A DNA stretch of 64,000 nucleotides from a virus (lineage: Duplodnaviria; Caudoviricetes), in the IMG/VR virus record IMGVR_UViG_3300028591_000106, positions 32,001-96,000 of that record; one strand, 5' to 3'. This document shows, one piece after another, positions 37,938 through 48,357 of this stretch (its first letter is position 1; every line of letters starts with the position of its first letter). The notes beneath the pieces are model-generated. The model was not told the origin of the DNA. It made no database searches and saw only the letters and a list, made by a program, of their open reading frames with translations. A program made the position numbers and the translations under genes.

Positions 37938-39830
37938 TTAAACATTATTATACTTACTAAAATCAATACGAGACATAACGAACTCTTTTCTTGGCTTAAT
38001 ATCAACACCCATAAGCTCGCAAAGTCTTTGAGCAGCTTCTTCTGAGTATATAATCTGCTCCATCTTTTGTCCGCCAGTTTTAGAGAACATTGTTGCCTTC
38101 AAGTCTGCTTCTTCAAGCTGACCAAGTCCTTTAATACGGTCCAAGTCGCCTTTGATCTTGCCCTTAGCTTTTGCGGCGGCAAGCTCTTCATCAGTATAAT
38201 ACCAGCTCAATGGCTGCATATTTTTATCATACGCAATATGAAGAGGACAGCGTAGCCAGTATACACGATTTTCTTGTAAAAATTGAGGACAAATTCTATA
38301 AAGGTTGGCGAGAATAAGAAGTGCAATATGATAGCCGTCATCATCAGCATCAACGCAGATAGCAATTTTTCCATAACGGAGTTTCTTTTTATCATAGTGA
38401 CCAACATCAATTCCTAGAGCATAGATTAAAAGCTCAATTTCTTTATTGCTAAAATACTTTTCATCGTCATCTTCTTTTAATCCATTTAACATCTTACCAC
38501 GAAGATACATTACTCCATAGTTCTTTGTATCTCGACCTGCGATAATTGCATTGCCTGCAGAGTCTCCCTCGCACACACAAAGAATAGAATCTTCACCCAA
38601 GTTCTCTGCATCAGCAAGTTTATCAAGAAAAGCTACCTTCTGCTTACGAAGTTCATTCATCTTCTTATTACGATTCAATGCGGCTTCTCTTGCTTTATTT
38701 GCAGCTTTTTCAGCATTTGCAAATTTCTTCATCATTTCAATGATAGGTCCAAAGTCAGGAGTATCAGAGAATTGAGTCAGTCCATCATCAAATGCCTGTG
38801 ATGCAAGAGTACGAAGATTAGGGTTGTTAATCTTGCTCTTAGTCTGGTTTGCAAATGAAGGATTGACAACGCGGCAGTTAATCGCATATACTAATCCTTT
38901 ACGAATAAGGTCTGGATCAAAGTTCTCTCCACTTAAAGATTTAATCTTTGTGGTGATCTTTGTTTTAGCTCCAGTGATAGGAGAGCCGCCTTCCGGACAA
39001 TAAAGACCATTAACAAAAACATAGTCTTGAGTAGGATCTGCAGTCCACATGAAAGCAATTTCTACTTCATCAACTCCATCTGTTGCAGAAGCAAGAATCG
39101 GAGCAAGCATAAGCGGCTTTTCAACATGGTCTCGAATGAAGTCTGCGATACCATTTTCAGAGTAATATTCCTCTTTCTTACCTCCCTTTGTAGCAACAAT
39201 AAAATGAATACCTCTGTTAAGGTAAGAAATATTCTTTATCTCACTACAAATTCTTTCATAAGAAAAGCCTTCTGTATCATTAACAAAAACTTCTTTATCA
39301 GGTTTAAAAACGATAAGAGTTCCAGTTTTCTTTTTATCGTCTACAACAATACCGCTATCTTTAAGATTAACTTCTCGATAATCTTTCAGGATACCTTTAT
39401 CGAAGCAGGCTTCTGCAACTTTTCCATCTCTAATACTACGAACATTAAAATATTCTGAACTCATACATACAGCTGTACCGCCAATACCGTTAAGTCCAGA
39501 ACTATTTTTATATGCGTTTTTATCAAACTTACCACCGGTATGACTCTCAGTATAAATTGCAACAAGGATGTTCTTCCCGTCTTTAATACCAAAAGGAACG
39601 CCGCGTCCATAGTCTCTTACTTCGATACGGTCAGTTTCCTCATCAAGAGTAATTTCAATTCTATCGCCATAACCAGCTAAAGCCTCATCAGTAGAGTTGT
39701 TTATAATCTCTTTAAGTGCCTGATAAATACCTTCAGTGTCATCTGAACCAAGATACATTTGAATACGAGTTCTCATAGCTTCTCTTGTTTCAAGATGCTG
39801 AATACTATCAATACTATAATCTTGAGCCAT
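37938..39830 (-). CDS. gyrB: Type IIA topoisomerase subunit B
   Basis: EIINNSTDE, DYGRGVP, GLNGIG, EGDSA, LRGKMLN, DADDDG, KGLG; no TAG. Confidence 0.93.
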   Translation of the reverse strand: MAQDYSIDSIQHLETREAMRTRIQMYLGSDDTEGIYQALKEIINNSTDEALAGYGDRIEITLDEETDRIEVRDYGRGVPFGIKDGKNILVAIYTESHTGGKFDKNAYKNSSGLNGIGGTAVCMSSEYFNVRSIRDGKVAEACFDKGILKDYREVNLKDSGIVVDDKKKTGTLIVFKPDKEVFVNDTEGFSYERICSEIKNISYLNRGIHFIVATKGGKKEEYYSENGIADFIRDHVEKPLMLAPILASATDGVDEVEIAFMWTADPTQDYVFVNGLYCPEGGSPITGAKTKITTKIKSLSGENFDPDLIRKGLVYAINCRVVNPSFANQTKSKINNPNLRTLASQAFDDGLTQFSDTPDFGPIIEMMKKFANAEKAANKAREAALNRNKKMNELRKQKVAFLDKLADAENLGEDSILCVCEGDSAGNAIIAGRDTKNYGVMYLRGKMLNGLKEDDDEKYFSNKEIELLIYALGIDVGHYDKKKLRYGKIAICVDADDDGYHIALLILANLYRICPQFLQENRVYWLRCPLHIAYDKNMQPLSWYYTDEELAAAKAKGKIKGDLDRIKGLGQLEEADLKATMFSKTGGQKMEQIIYSEEAAQRLCELMGVDIKPRKEFVMSRIDFSKYNNV

Positions 39831-39858
39831 TTAATCACTCCTTTCTATTTATAATTTA

Positions 39859-39887
39859 ATTATATCATAAAAAACGAAAAAAGTCAA
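39859..39887 (-). promoter_or_regulatory. sigmaA-type promoter for gyrB
   Basis: TTGACT-17-TATAAT; the -35 is one arm of the hairpin AAAGTCAAGA/TCTTGACTTT. Confidence 0.8.
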
Positions 39888-40058
39888 GATATTTAGTCTT
39901 GACTTTCATTACTATTAAAAATTTTATCTAAAATATCTTCAATACAATATTTCATTCATCTCTATTTTCCTCAATCATTTTCATTGTTCTTTTCCAATCC
40001 ATATCACTAAGAATATTGCCAATAAAAAATACTCCAAGAATAATTAATACATATTTCA

Positions 40059-41006
40059 TTACTTCTGCTCCTTCAAATACTTGATTGCACTTTGTACTGC
40101 ATTAGCTCCATCAGATGCAGCAGTTAGAGCTTGTCGTGTCATTTTTGTGCGACAATCTCCGGCGGCAAAGAAGCCTGGATTAAGCATACTAATACCAGTA
40201 TCCAATGCGGTTATATAACCGTCTTTATTAACTACATCAGAAATATTAATATGAGCAGTATTTGGAATCATACCAATCGCGACAAAAACTCCGTCAACAC
40301 TAATACATAGCAATCTTGCTTTACCATCATCTGGTACTTTACGGAACAATACTATTTTATGCTGCTCTTCGCCATCAGTAATAGAAAAGCGATTTGTTGC
40401 AATTTCATTAACGATAAAATCATAGGTAATGTGAATATTTTTAATTTTAGAAACTCTTTCAAAAGTTGCTGGTGCTGCAGTTACATTGCGGTCGCACATA
40501 ATAATATGAACTTGCTTACAAATCTTTGATAGATATTCTGCTTGAGTAAAAGCCACATCACCGCCGCCAATAACAGCAACAGTTTTATCTTTATATAGTG
40601 CTCCGTCACAAAGTGCGCAATAATGAATCGGGATTCCTTCTTCGATTTCACAATTCAATTCTCTATGTCTTGCGCCAAGGGCATAAATGATTGCTTTCGC
40701 ATAGTCTTCTGTACCATCAGTATATTCAACTGCGAATCCGCCTTCTACAAGTTCACTAACTACTCCTATCTCATGTTCTTCAACTTTAATTCCATTTGCT
40801 TCAAGTTGATCATGAAGTTTCATAGCTAAATCGAAGCCAGACATTGGTTCTACACAAGGAAAATTTTCTACAAGAATAGCATTACTAATCTATCCGAAGT
40901 CATATTCATCGCGTCCAACAAGTTTAAAATCAAGATTTGCGCGCTTAGCATAGAGGGCGGCAGTCATACCTGCCATACCATTACCGAGAATTATTAAGTC
41001 TTTCAT
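40059..41006 (-). CDS. trxB: Thioredoxin reductase
   Basis: ILGNGMAGMTAALY, FG(TAG=Q)I, VENFP, HYCALCDG, IGGGDVA, GFFAAGDC. Confidence 0.92.
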
Positions 41007-41172
41007 CGTCTACCTCCTCGAATAAAGATAAGCCATCTTCAATGTTAATTGATTCTCCATTATAACCTATAATTGTGCCGTCACAATCTGAATCTTTGTC
41101 AATTAATCCCATTTCATTAAGAATCTTATCAAGTGATGATAAAGCTTCTTCAGAAAAATCAATATGCTTCAC
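40981..41172 (-). CDS. Hypothetical acidic protein
   Basis: ORF overlaps both neighbours. Confidence 0.5.
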   Translation of the reverse strand: MKHIDFSEEALSSLDKILNEMGLIDKDSDCDGTIIGYNGESINIEDGLSLFEEVDDERLNNSR

Positions 41173-41600
41173 TGATTATCCCCCAAATCAATTTCATAGT
41201 CTGGTAAAACACGAATTCCCTTTAAATCTTTTTCAAGAGTGCTTTTTTGAAAAGGAAAACAACCGCAATGAGGTTCTATATTTGCTGATACCATAAATAT
41301 TTCAGTAACTACATCATAAGAAAAATTACTGTCAAAAATTACTGCATTAGCCCTGCGGCCGCGAAAAGAAATCACTTCATCATTCATTAAATAAATGTCA
41401 ATCTATTGATGGATACCTCTATATTTAATGGCTTTCTCAAATTTAATTTTATTAAAATTTAATTCATTTGCGTCAATTTCTTTTTCAAATATAGCCATAG
41501 ATTCTTTATCCTTGCAGAAAATATTAACAGTAAAAGGCTTAGGATACCATTTAAATCTATCCATTAAGTCTTCAAATATCATATCATTTAAATATCTCAT
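41169..41600 (-). CDS. Hypothetical protein (143 aa)
   Basis: Track ORFs 41403-41600 and 41169-41387 are in frame across a TAG. Confidence 0.6.
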
Positions 41601-41863
41601 TATCTATTCTCCCAATAATTAGATTCTCTCTGTTGCATCCTGATCTCTTTATCAACGATTTGACTTAATCTATTACGCTGTTGGATATCATAAGCCTTAT
41701 GTCCGCAACATGGACACTTAACATACCAGCTATCTCCTTCTCTTTGATCGCCACAATATGTATATTCGGTCTTATCTGCCTTACCAATCCAGCCGCAATT
41801 AAGGCATTCAAAATATTTATATTCTTTAGTAACTTCAAGATTACCCTCAACTATTGTTTTCAT
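41600..41863 (-). CDS. Zn-ribbon protein
   Basis: FECLNCG...VKCPCCG. Confidence 0.65.
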   Translation of the reverse strand: MKTIVEGNLEVTKEYKYFECLNCGWIGKADKTEYTYCGDQREGDSWYVKCPCCGHKAYDIQQRNRLSQIVDKEIRMQQRESNYWENR

Positions 41864-42107
41864 TATTGTCCTCCATTTTTTTTCGATGTAAATAATCTAA
41901 TGTCATTCCCTTGGCAGTATCGCAATTATAATAATCTCGACAGGATTGACAAAATAGATTATATCCCTCATTCTGACACTTATAGCAATCGCCACATCCG
42001 GGCGCACCGCCATTAACTTCTGCAATTAAGCAAGTCTTACAAATACAGTGGTGACAAAATTTCTTAACATTGTCCTCATGCTCTTTTTGAATTTCAATTG
42101 CTCCCAT
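41847..42107 (-). CDS. Cysteine-rich small protein
   Basis: CHHCICKTC...CGDCYKC...CQSC....C. Confidence 0.65.
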   Translation of the reverse strand: MGAIEIQKEHEDNVKKFCHHCICKTCLIAEVNGGAPGCGDCYKCQNEGYNLFCQSCRDYYNCDTAKGMTLDYLHRKKMEDNNENNS

Positions 42108-42597
42108 TAATCCAATCCTCCAATCTCATTGCTTTTTGATTACAAGATGCTAAATTAACTCCAAGTAGTTCATCATAAACAGGTGAGCTATCTGGAATAA
42201 AACGCCCAAACTTAACTATAATATTATCTCTGCCATCAAAAAGCCATAATTTATAAAGTTTTCCTTTAATTTCTTCAGGATAATACCCAGTATAAATTAC
42301 AATATCATCCTTGCTTTTCTGTCTGAATTTCTATATAAAATCAAACAAATATAAAAAGTCGTCAAAAGGTTCAAGTCCTCCTATAACAACTGCCTCTGTA
42401 ATTGAATTATTTAAATATCTTTCAATTACTTCATCATACTCAACTTCGATAGTAGGTGCGGCGGCAAGAGAAGAGTTCTAACATACAGGTCTTCCACATT
42501 CTTTATCGCACTTAAAACTACAAGAAGGAAAGTTAATAAACATCGAAGGCTTCTTGTAATTTACGAAATCTTCATCAATTATTCCTTTTATTAGCAT
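42094..42597 (-). CDS. nrdG: Anaerobic RNR activating enzyme (radical SAM)
   Basis: DEDFVNY, CSFKC......C(TAG=Q)N, GGLEP, IYTGY, VKFGRF, LASCNQ; missed by the ORF track. Confidence 0.88.
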
Positions 42598-43000
42598 TAA
42601 CTTCCTCCTAAATTTTCTCCATAGCAGCTCTTATATTTTCAGTTGAAACTGCATGAATTAATGGTATTTCACTATATTTATCAATAACTTTCTCTTCTTT
42701 AGAATCTCCTCCAAATTCATTAAACCAATCTTTCCACGCTTTTGTAATAGCTTCTTTACTATATATTCTTCCCATACGGTCAGGACCAGAACAATCCATT
42801 ATGCTCATTCTAACAAGTGTCTTTTTCATTTCATCTTCTGAAACTTGGGGAGGATTAAATTCCGCAAAGGTATTTAACCATTCAGGTGGATGTTCTGGCA
42901 CAATAGTGGTATTTCTCATGGCTTCTAATATATTTTCATCCTTAAAAAGTTCTTCAAAAAACTTTTTCAATTCTTCATAATCATTCGTACCCATATTCAT
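42575..43000 (-). CDS. Hypothetical protein
   Basis: Track ORF ends at TAG 42608; readthrough reaches TGA 42575. Confidence 0.55.
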
Positions 43001-43382
43001 GATCAACCTTCCTTACTATAGCTTCCATCCCGCATCTTTTAGCAATATCAATCATTCCTTTTGTACCGCGAGATTGTCCATCCCAAAAAGCAAAAAGTAT
43101 TGCCTTATCAGAATCCTTAATAGCATAATCAGCCATTTCCTTATTCCTAATCATTCCTGCTGCCTTACCATAGGTATCCCATTGAGCATGGAAGACAGTC
43201 AATTTTAACCCATAAGATTTAGCTAACTATTCGCCTAAACTATCTGCACCTCTTGCTCCGCCAGAAATGATCTCAACATTTTCTTTAAGAATACCGCGGC
43301 TCATAAAACATGAAACCACGGTATCCTCAACTATGTCATAATCGTAAAAATTGCGCGAACCGGCAATAATTACTTTAATCAT
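42981..43382 (-). CDS. SLOG-family (DUF2493/YspA-like) protein
   Basis: VIIAGSRNF, IISGGARGADSLGE, AAGMIRNKEMA, AFWDGQSRGT; one TAG. Confidence 0.85.
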
Positions 43383-45324
43383 TAACATTCTCCCATCTTC
43401 TCATGGTATATTCCTTCCTTCTAGCCTTTGTCCAAGTCTTAATTGGAGTGTAGAAACCTACAACTCTAGTATACTCGGTTGCAACTGGCTTACCACAAAC
43501 AGGGCAGGTCATACCATAGAAAGCATGATTATCTTCGCAAGCCTGAATTTTTGTATTAAATGCGAAATATGTAACACCCTGATCAGCGATATACTCAACC
43601 ATCTTACGAGCAGTTTCATAATTGTTGAAAGGCGCATCAATATTCGCATGAAGAATAGAACCGCCATTGCAGAATCCATCAAACATAGCCTGAACTCTGA
43701 CACGCTCTTGAAGAGTAGTTTTAATACCAAGCGGCATAAACTGATTACCATAAAGAGGAAGATCATAAATATCTGCTGTTGGATAGAAGAACTGGTCTTT
43801 CTTCATAAGTTTAGCGGCAGCGTTCTCGCCAGGGATCTGTTCGGTATTGATCTTATAATCAAACTTACCTTCTTCAAGGAAAGCATCTGCAACAGATCTC
43901 ATTGTTTCAAAAATCTTCTTACCAAAATCTGCAGCCTCTTGAGTATAGAAAGTATTACCCAGCTTATCCTGATAAGTACAGCCAAATTTCTTCATTGTCT
44001 CATAAATGCCAATGAAGCCAATGGTATTATACAAATGCTCAAAATCAATAAGTCCATAGCTAAAATTAGGAAGAAGTCCTTTTTCAACATTACGCTCAAT
44101 AATGTGACGAACAACATGAAGAGAACGAACAACACAAAGAGTTCTATTCTTAAGTTCTTCCAGATACTCTTCTTTACTATTTGTATCAAGAGCAAGTCTT
44201 GCAAGGTTAATTGTATTAACTTTAACAGAACCAACCTTCAAAGCAGTACCACCAATAGAGTTGAAATATCCAAGATCACGAATATCGCTCTTAAGGCGGC
44301 AACAATTAGACAAGCTAGAAACATTGTCATCAATGAATAGATTGGAGTCGCTCCATCTCATATTATGTTCAATAGCCCAACCTGCAAAATCTTCATCAAG
44401 GAACTTGCCATCTTTTCTGACAAGTGAAATTGTAGAAACAGGGAAGGTGAACATATTTTCTGAACGAATATCTGCCATAACTTCCATATATTTCTTCTGG
44501 AAGTCAATGATTCCCTCGATATCATCAATCATAAAAGAACCATCAGGGAACTCAGAGCCGCCAAATAGTGCTTCGAGATATTCTCTATCAAAAACAGAGG
44601 TATTAGTAAATGCAGACTGCTGCCCATCTCTTACGCATGGCTGATTGACAGCATAGATAAATCTCTGGATATTCTGGCGACCATAGACATCTTCATTACC
44701 GCTTGACTTAATTCCAAGATAGTTTTCATCGACATCCTTTTTCCAGAAATAATACATATAAGGAATAAGGTTAGGTAGACCGACTGCACCTGAAGTTCTG
44801 TTACTTGCAAAGTTAATAAACTCCTTTACAAAATCAACAAAAGTTGTCAAGTGCTTAGGCGGCTTAGCATTGAAAGAATCTTCAAGGAAATAAAGTCCTT
44901 TATTCGCCAAATCTGTTAAATCATATGCAAAACAATAAGATTTGAAAGTAGATGTATCTGCGTCGTGCATATAAATTTCGCCCATCCATTCACGACGGAG
45001 CCATTCATTTGCAGCTTTGAAGCCATATGCCTTCTACATTTCAAAATAAATCTTCTAAAAAGCCATAACTTTTCTGTGAGGTTTTGGCATTTCAGAAAGA
45101 AGGGTTACAATATCCTTGCGTCTTACATTACTATTTGAATCAATAGAACTATCTGCAACAACAGCTTCACCGATAAAATTATCCATAAATTCGCCATATG
45201 AAAGCTGTTCATCACCAGCACCATTTAATGTAGCAAGTTCTGTACCAAATTCATCTTGTAACTTGTTCCACTAAGTAGTGAAGTTTTTATTCCTTTTACC
45301 AATATTACTAACATTATACTGCAT
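43375..45324 (-). CDS. nrdD: Class III anaerobic ribonucleotide reductase
   Basis: IYMHD, YC, SNCCRL, EQIPGE, GGSI, CPVCG, RVVGF (glycyl radical site); TAGs at codons 18, 90 and 97 only. Confidence 0.93.
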
Positions 45325-45329
45325 TTAAT

Positions 45330-45533
45330 TCACCTCTGATTAATCCATTCTACGGCGGCACGAAAATCCATAATCTTTCCATTAACTTCGAGCATTGGCG
45401 CTTCATGCCAACCTTGTGATTTCATAAAACTTACATCATCACAAACACTGTAGTTAATGCCGGCTTTCGCAAGTTTCTTTTCCAGAACCTAGCATCGAGG
45501 ACAGTGCGTAGAATAAAGAGTAATTGATTCCAT
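45330..45533 (-). CDS. Glutaredoxin/NrdH-like redoxin
   Basis: LYSTHCPRC(TAG=Q)VLEKKL...APMLEVNG; missed by the ORF track. Confidence 0.85.
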
Positions 45534-45567
45534 TAGCTTCACTCCTTTCATCTTATTTTATAATTTT

Positions 45568-45596
45568 ATTATACCACATTCTTTCTTAAAAGTCAA
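45568..45596 (-). promoter_or_regulatory. sigmaA-type promoter for the nrd/trx operon
   Basis: TTGACT-17-TATAAT with TGG extension. Confidence 0.8.
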
Positions 45597-45614
45597 GTGA
45601 TACATTTATTAAGT

Positions 45615-45671
45615 AAAAAATGAGCGATTCGCCTCAAATGAATTGATGAACTCATTTTGACCGAATCGCTC
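45615..45671 (-). terminator. Long hairpin terminator after RNase H
   Basis: GAGCGATTCG/CGAATCGCTC outer stem plus an inner stem, followed by T6 on the minus strand. Confidence 0.65.
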
Positions 45672-45679
45672 GAATAGTA

Positions 45680-46189
45680 TTAAATTGTAGCGGTAAAAGA
45701 ACCATGAATAGATACTTCTTGCTTTCCCTGAACAGCATATCTATCTGCGAGATTATTGCCGACAGTAGTAGCGTGTCCTTTTACTTTTTGAATTTTGACC
45801 ATTGGCATTTCTTTTAATAGCGCGTAAATAGCCTTGATTGCAGTAAGATTTTCAATAGGCTCATGTTTTCTACCGCGAGTCCAGCCATTAGCTTCCCACT
45901 TTTTAACCCAGTCATTAAAAATGTTTACACAATAAGCTGAATCGGAAAAAACAGTTGCATTAGAAAAAGGAGTAAAATCTTCTCTTTTCTTTAACCAAAG
46001 AAGAGCCTGATAAATTCCATATAGCTCCATTGCATTATTAGTAGTTTCAGGTTCGCCGCCATAGAATCCACAAATACGACATCCACAATCATCGTAAACA
46101 ATAGTGGACCATCCGCCGGCAACACGAACATATTCTCCATTGACCTTTTTCATTGTGGCGGCGCCATCAGTATAGATATTAAAGTTCAT
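45680..46189 (-). CDS. rnhA: Ribonuclease HI
   Basis: IYTDGA, TTNNAMEL, SDSAY, VKGH, GNNLAD. Confidence 0.93.
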   Translation of the reverse strand: MNFNIYTDGAATMKKVNGEYVRVAGGWSTIVYDDCGCRICGFYGGEPETTNNAMELYGIYQALLWLKKREDFTPFSNATVFSDSAYCVNIFNDWVKKWEANGWTRGRKHEPIENLTAIKAIYALLKEMPMVKIQKVKGHATTVGNNLADRYAVQGKQEVSIHGSFTATI

Positions 46190-46192
46190 TCT

Positions 46193-46441
46193 TTACACTC
46201 CTCTTTCTTCAAAATGTTTACAACTATCATCTGGTTTAAAACAAGGAATACCACTTGTGATTATTCCATAACCTTCACCGCCAGTAGGATAAGCATTGAG
46301 ATTTACCCAACCAGTTGAAATTTCTTGCTTCCCATAAAAATGAAAATAATCAGTTATATCTTGACGGACGGCGGCGGAACAACCTACATATTCGGAGTTC
46401 GCTGCTTTTCGAGCATACTTACAGTCTCTACATTCTTTCAT
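46193..46441 (-). CDS. Hypothetical Cys-containing protein
   Basis: CRDCKY...C...CKHFE; SD present; lies behind a promoter. Confidence 0.65.
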   Translation of the reverse strand: MKECRDCKYARKAANSEYVGCSAAVRQDITDYFHFYGKQEISTGWVNLNAYPTGGEGYGIITSGIPCFKPDDSCKHFEERGV

Positions 46442-46473
46442 TAGCCTTCTCTCCTTTCTAACTTTCTATTTAT

Positions 46474-46502
46474 ATCATATCATAAAAAATAAAAAAAGTC
46501 AA
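46474..46502 (-). promoter_or_regulatory. sigmaA-type promoter
   Basis: TTGACT-17-TATGAT with TG extension; terminator hairpin (about 46508-46534) just upstream. Confidence 0.65.
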
Positions 46503-46537
46503 AAATTTAAGGGGTAGAAACTAATCTACCCCTTTTA

Positions 46538-46933
46538 TTACTTAGTATCCCACTTCATCATTTCTTCATAGATTTCATGAACATAACTATTTCCGTTTAA
46601 TAAGGTATAAACTTCATAAAGACTACATAAGTCTTTTTTAGTATTACCCGGAAGTATTTTTCTGTCTTTATATTTTTCATAGATATAGGTTATTTCATGT
46701 CTTAATGAAGCTCTTGTGGCTTCTTGATCTTTTTCAATATCTGATTTTAAGCCAACGAGTAAAGCTTTTACTTCTTCAACTTTATCAGTAACAATTTGTT
46801 CAGTATGCTCTTTATAGCTTTTCTTAAACCATTTCATTGGTAATTTAAAGATGATGCCAATAAGAGTACCAATGACGATTATCGCACTACAAACTGAACC
46901 AATTACGGTAATAACCTAAATGGCCTTATCCAT
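46538..46933 (-). CDS. Membrane-anchored phage protein (N-terminal TM helix, LRHEI...LNGNS motif)
   Basis: Start extended through a TAG at codon 6; hydrophobic N-terminus followed by a coiled coil. Confidence 0.65.
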
Positions 46934-46937
46934 CTTC

Positions 46938-47330
46938 TCACCTCCGTTTCAGCAAGTCATTGTGAAATTGCGTGATGACACGATACTCCATTTTTGTCAA
47001 CAAGCTCTATAGAGTGAGATTGTCATAATCCCAATAAGGGACTCTAATAAGTGGTATACCTTTTGCTAAACAATAAGCATTTTTTCTTCTATCTCTTTCC
47101 TAAGCTTTTCTAAAGTCTATAATTGTTTTCTAATATCTTTTAACCCACTTAAAGTGCTGTTCTCCATCATACTCGATTAAAGCTACTAATTTACCTTTTG
47201 AATAAATAGCAAAGTCAAATCGTAATAAATGTCCGCCATAGTTTTTAAGGTCTGGAAAACTTACTTCTTTCTTATAAGTAATTCCGCCGCACTATAGAAG
47301 TTTAGCGATTTTATCCTCGCCTTTGCTCAC
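46938..47330 (-). CDS. PD-(D/E)xK / Vsr-like endonuclease
   Basis: SKGEDKIAKLL, LRFDFAI, IEYDGEQHF, RDRRKNAYC...IPLIRVPY; four TAGs; GTG start. Confidence 0.8.
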
Positions 47331-48268
47331 AAGTCGTCTCTCCTTTTGGGCGGCTTCGGCATTGGAGGAGGAGGCGGTGGGAAGAATGGCTTAGGAGGTT
47401 TAGGTAGCGGTTCTCCTTTATAATAAGGGGAATAAGGAACTTCTCCATCAACAACATGATAAGTTGCAATATGATATAGCTGTCTACCATGTTCATCAAT
47501 AGGAATACCATATGGATATTTTCTCTTTAATTTTGCAATAGATTCGTCAATGGTTTCTCGATTCCATTCATATAAGTCGCATTCCAGAGCCGCAGAGAAA
47601 TGAGTCGTATTAATAACATCATGATGTCTAGGCTTCATCCATTCGGTTGGTGCCTTGGCATTAATAATAATTTCTCTCCATTCCATTAAATTAAGCTAAA
47701 TGGTCTCTAAAGAATCTTTGTTAAGTTCATAAGGAACACGATAAAATGCTTCTTGGCACTTCTTTAGTTCGTAAAGAGAACTCTCTTTATCATAAACAAG
47801 CTAAATTAAAATAAAATATTTAGTATCCTTATAAACAACATTAACAAAGTTAATTCCATTGAACTTAGCCCCAAATAATTTTCCAACATTATCACTATTG
47901 TCGAAAATTACTTCGGCTGGAAAATAGTCTTTCTCATTCATTAATGGGAAACCATCAAATCCCGGAATCGTTACATAGCGCTCTGTCAATTCAAAAGCAA
48001 ATGCAGGATCGCCAAGATCATTCTGAATAAGAGTTGCAGTTTTCAAATAATCTTTCTTATACTTGCACATTTCAAAATGTTTACAAGTAAAGCACCTTGG
48101 TTTGACCTGTGTATGAGCTGGCGGAGCAGGCGGCATATATGGAGCCAACATCGGAGGGTTCTTTACAGGATGTACCTTTTCTCCAGGCCAGCCCAACCCT
48201 GGAGTATCAACACCAGGTGGTGGTGGAGGAAGAAAGTCCCAACGAGGTTCCACTTGATAATCTCTCAT
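47327..48268 (-). CDS. Proline-rich hypothetical protein (~313 aa)
   Basis: Track ORFs 47801-48277 and 47327-47686 fuse across two TAGs; poly-Pro at both ends; CxxCxH motif. Confidence 0.65.
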
Positions 48269-48292
48269 CGCTTTCACCTCACAATAAAAAAA

Positions 48293-48322
48293 TAAGAGGA
48301 ATAGAAAACTATCCCTCTTAAT
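48293..48322 (-). terminator. Terminator after the ligase
   Basis: TAAGAGG.ATAG/CTAT.CCTCTTA stem with an A-tract on the plus strand. Confidence 0.65.
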
Positions 48323-48357
48323 TTAATGTATTTTATTGTATAGGTTTATCTAAGGTT

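Noticed and set aside
42608-42610. TAG retained as a true stop here and at 56147
   Set aside because: Both are followed within 3-10 codons by an in-frame TGA, so they are compatible with full reassignment; the sequence alone cannot decide.
43351-44340. 329-aa plus-strand ORF (also 33621-34475 and similar antisense ORFs)
   Set aside because: These are shadows of nrdD and the SSB gene on the opposite strand, with no motifs or SD.
21079-45324. Inteins or introns in dnaE, helicase, gyrase or nrdD
   Set aside because: Lengths are ordinary and no intein splice motifs or homing-endonuclease insertions were seen.
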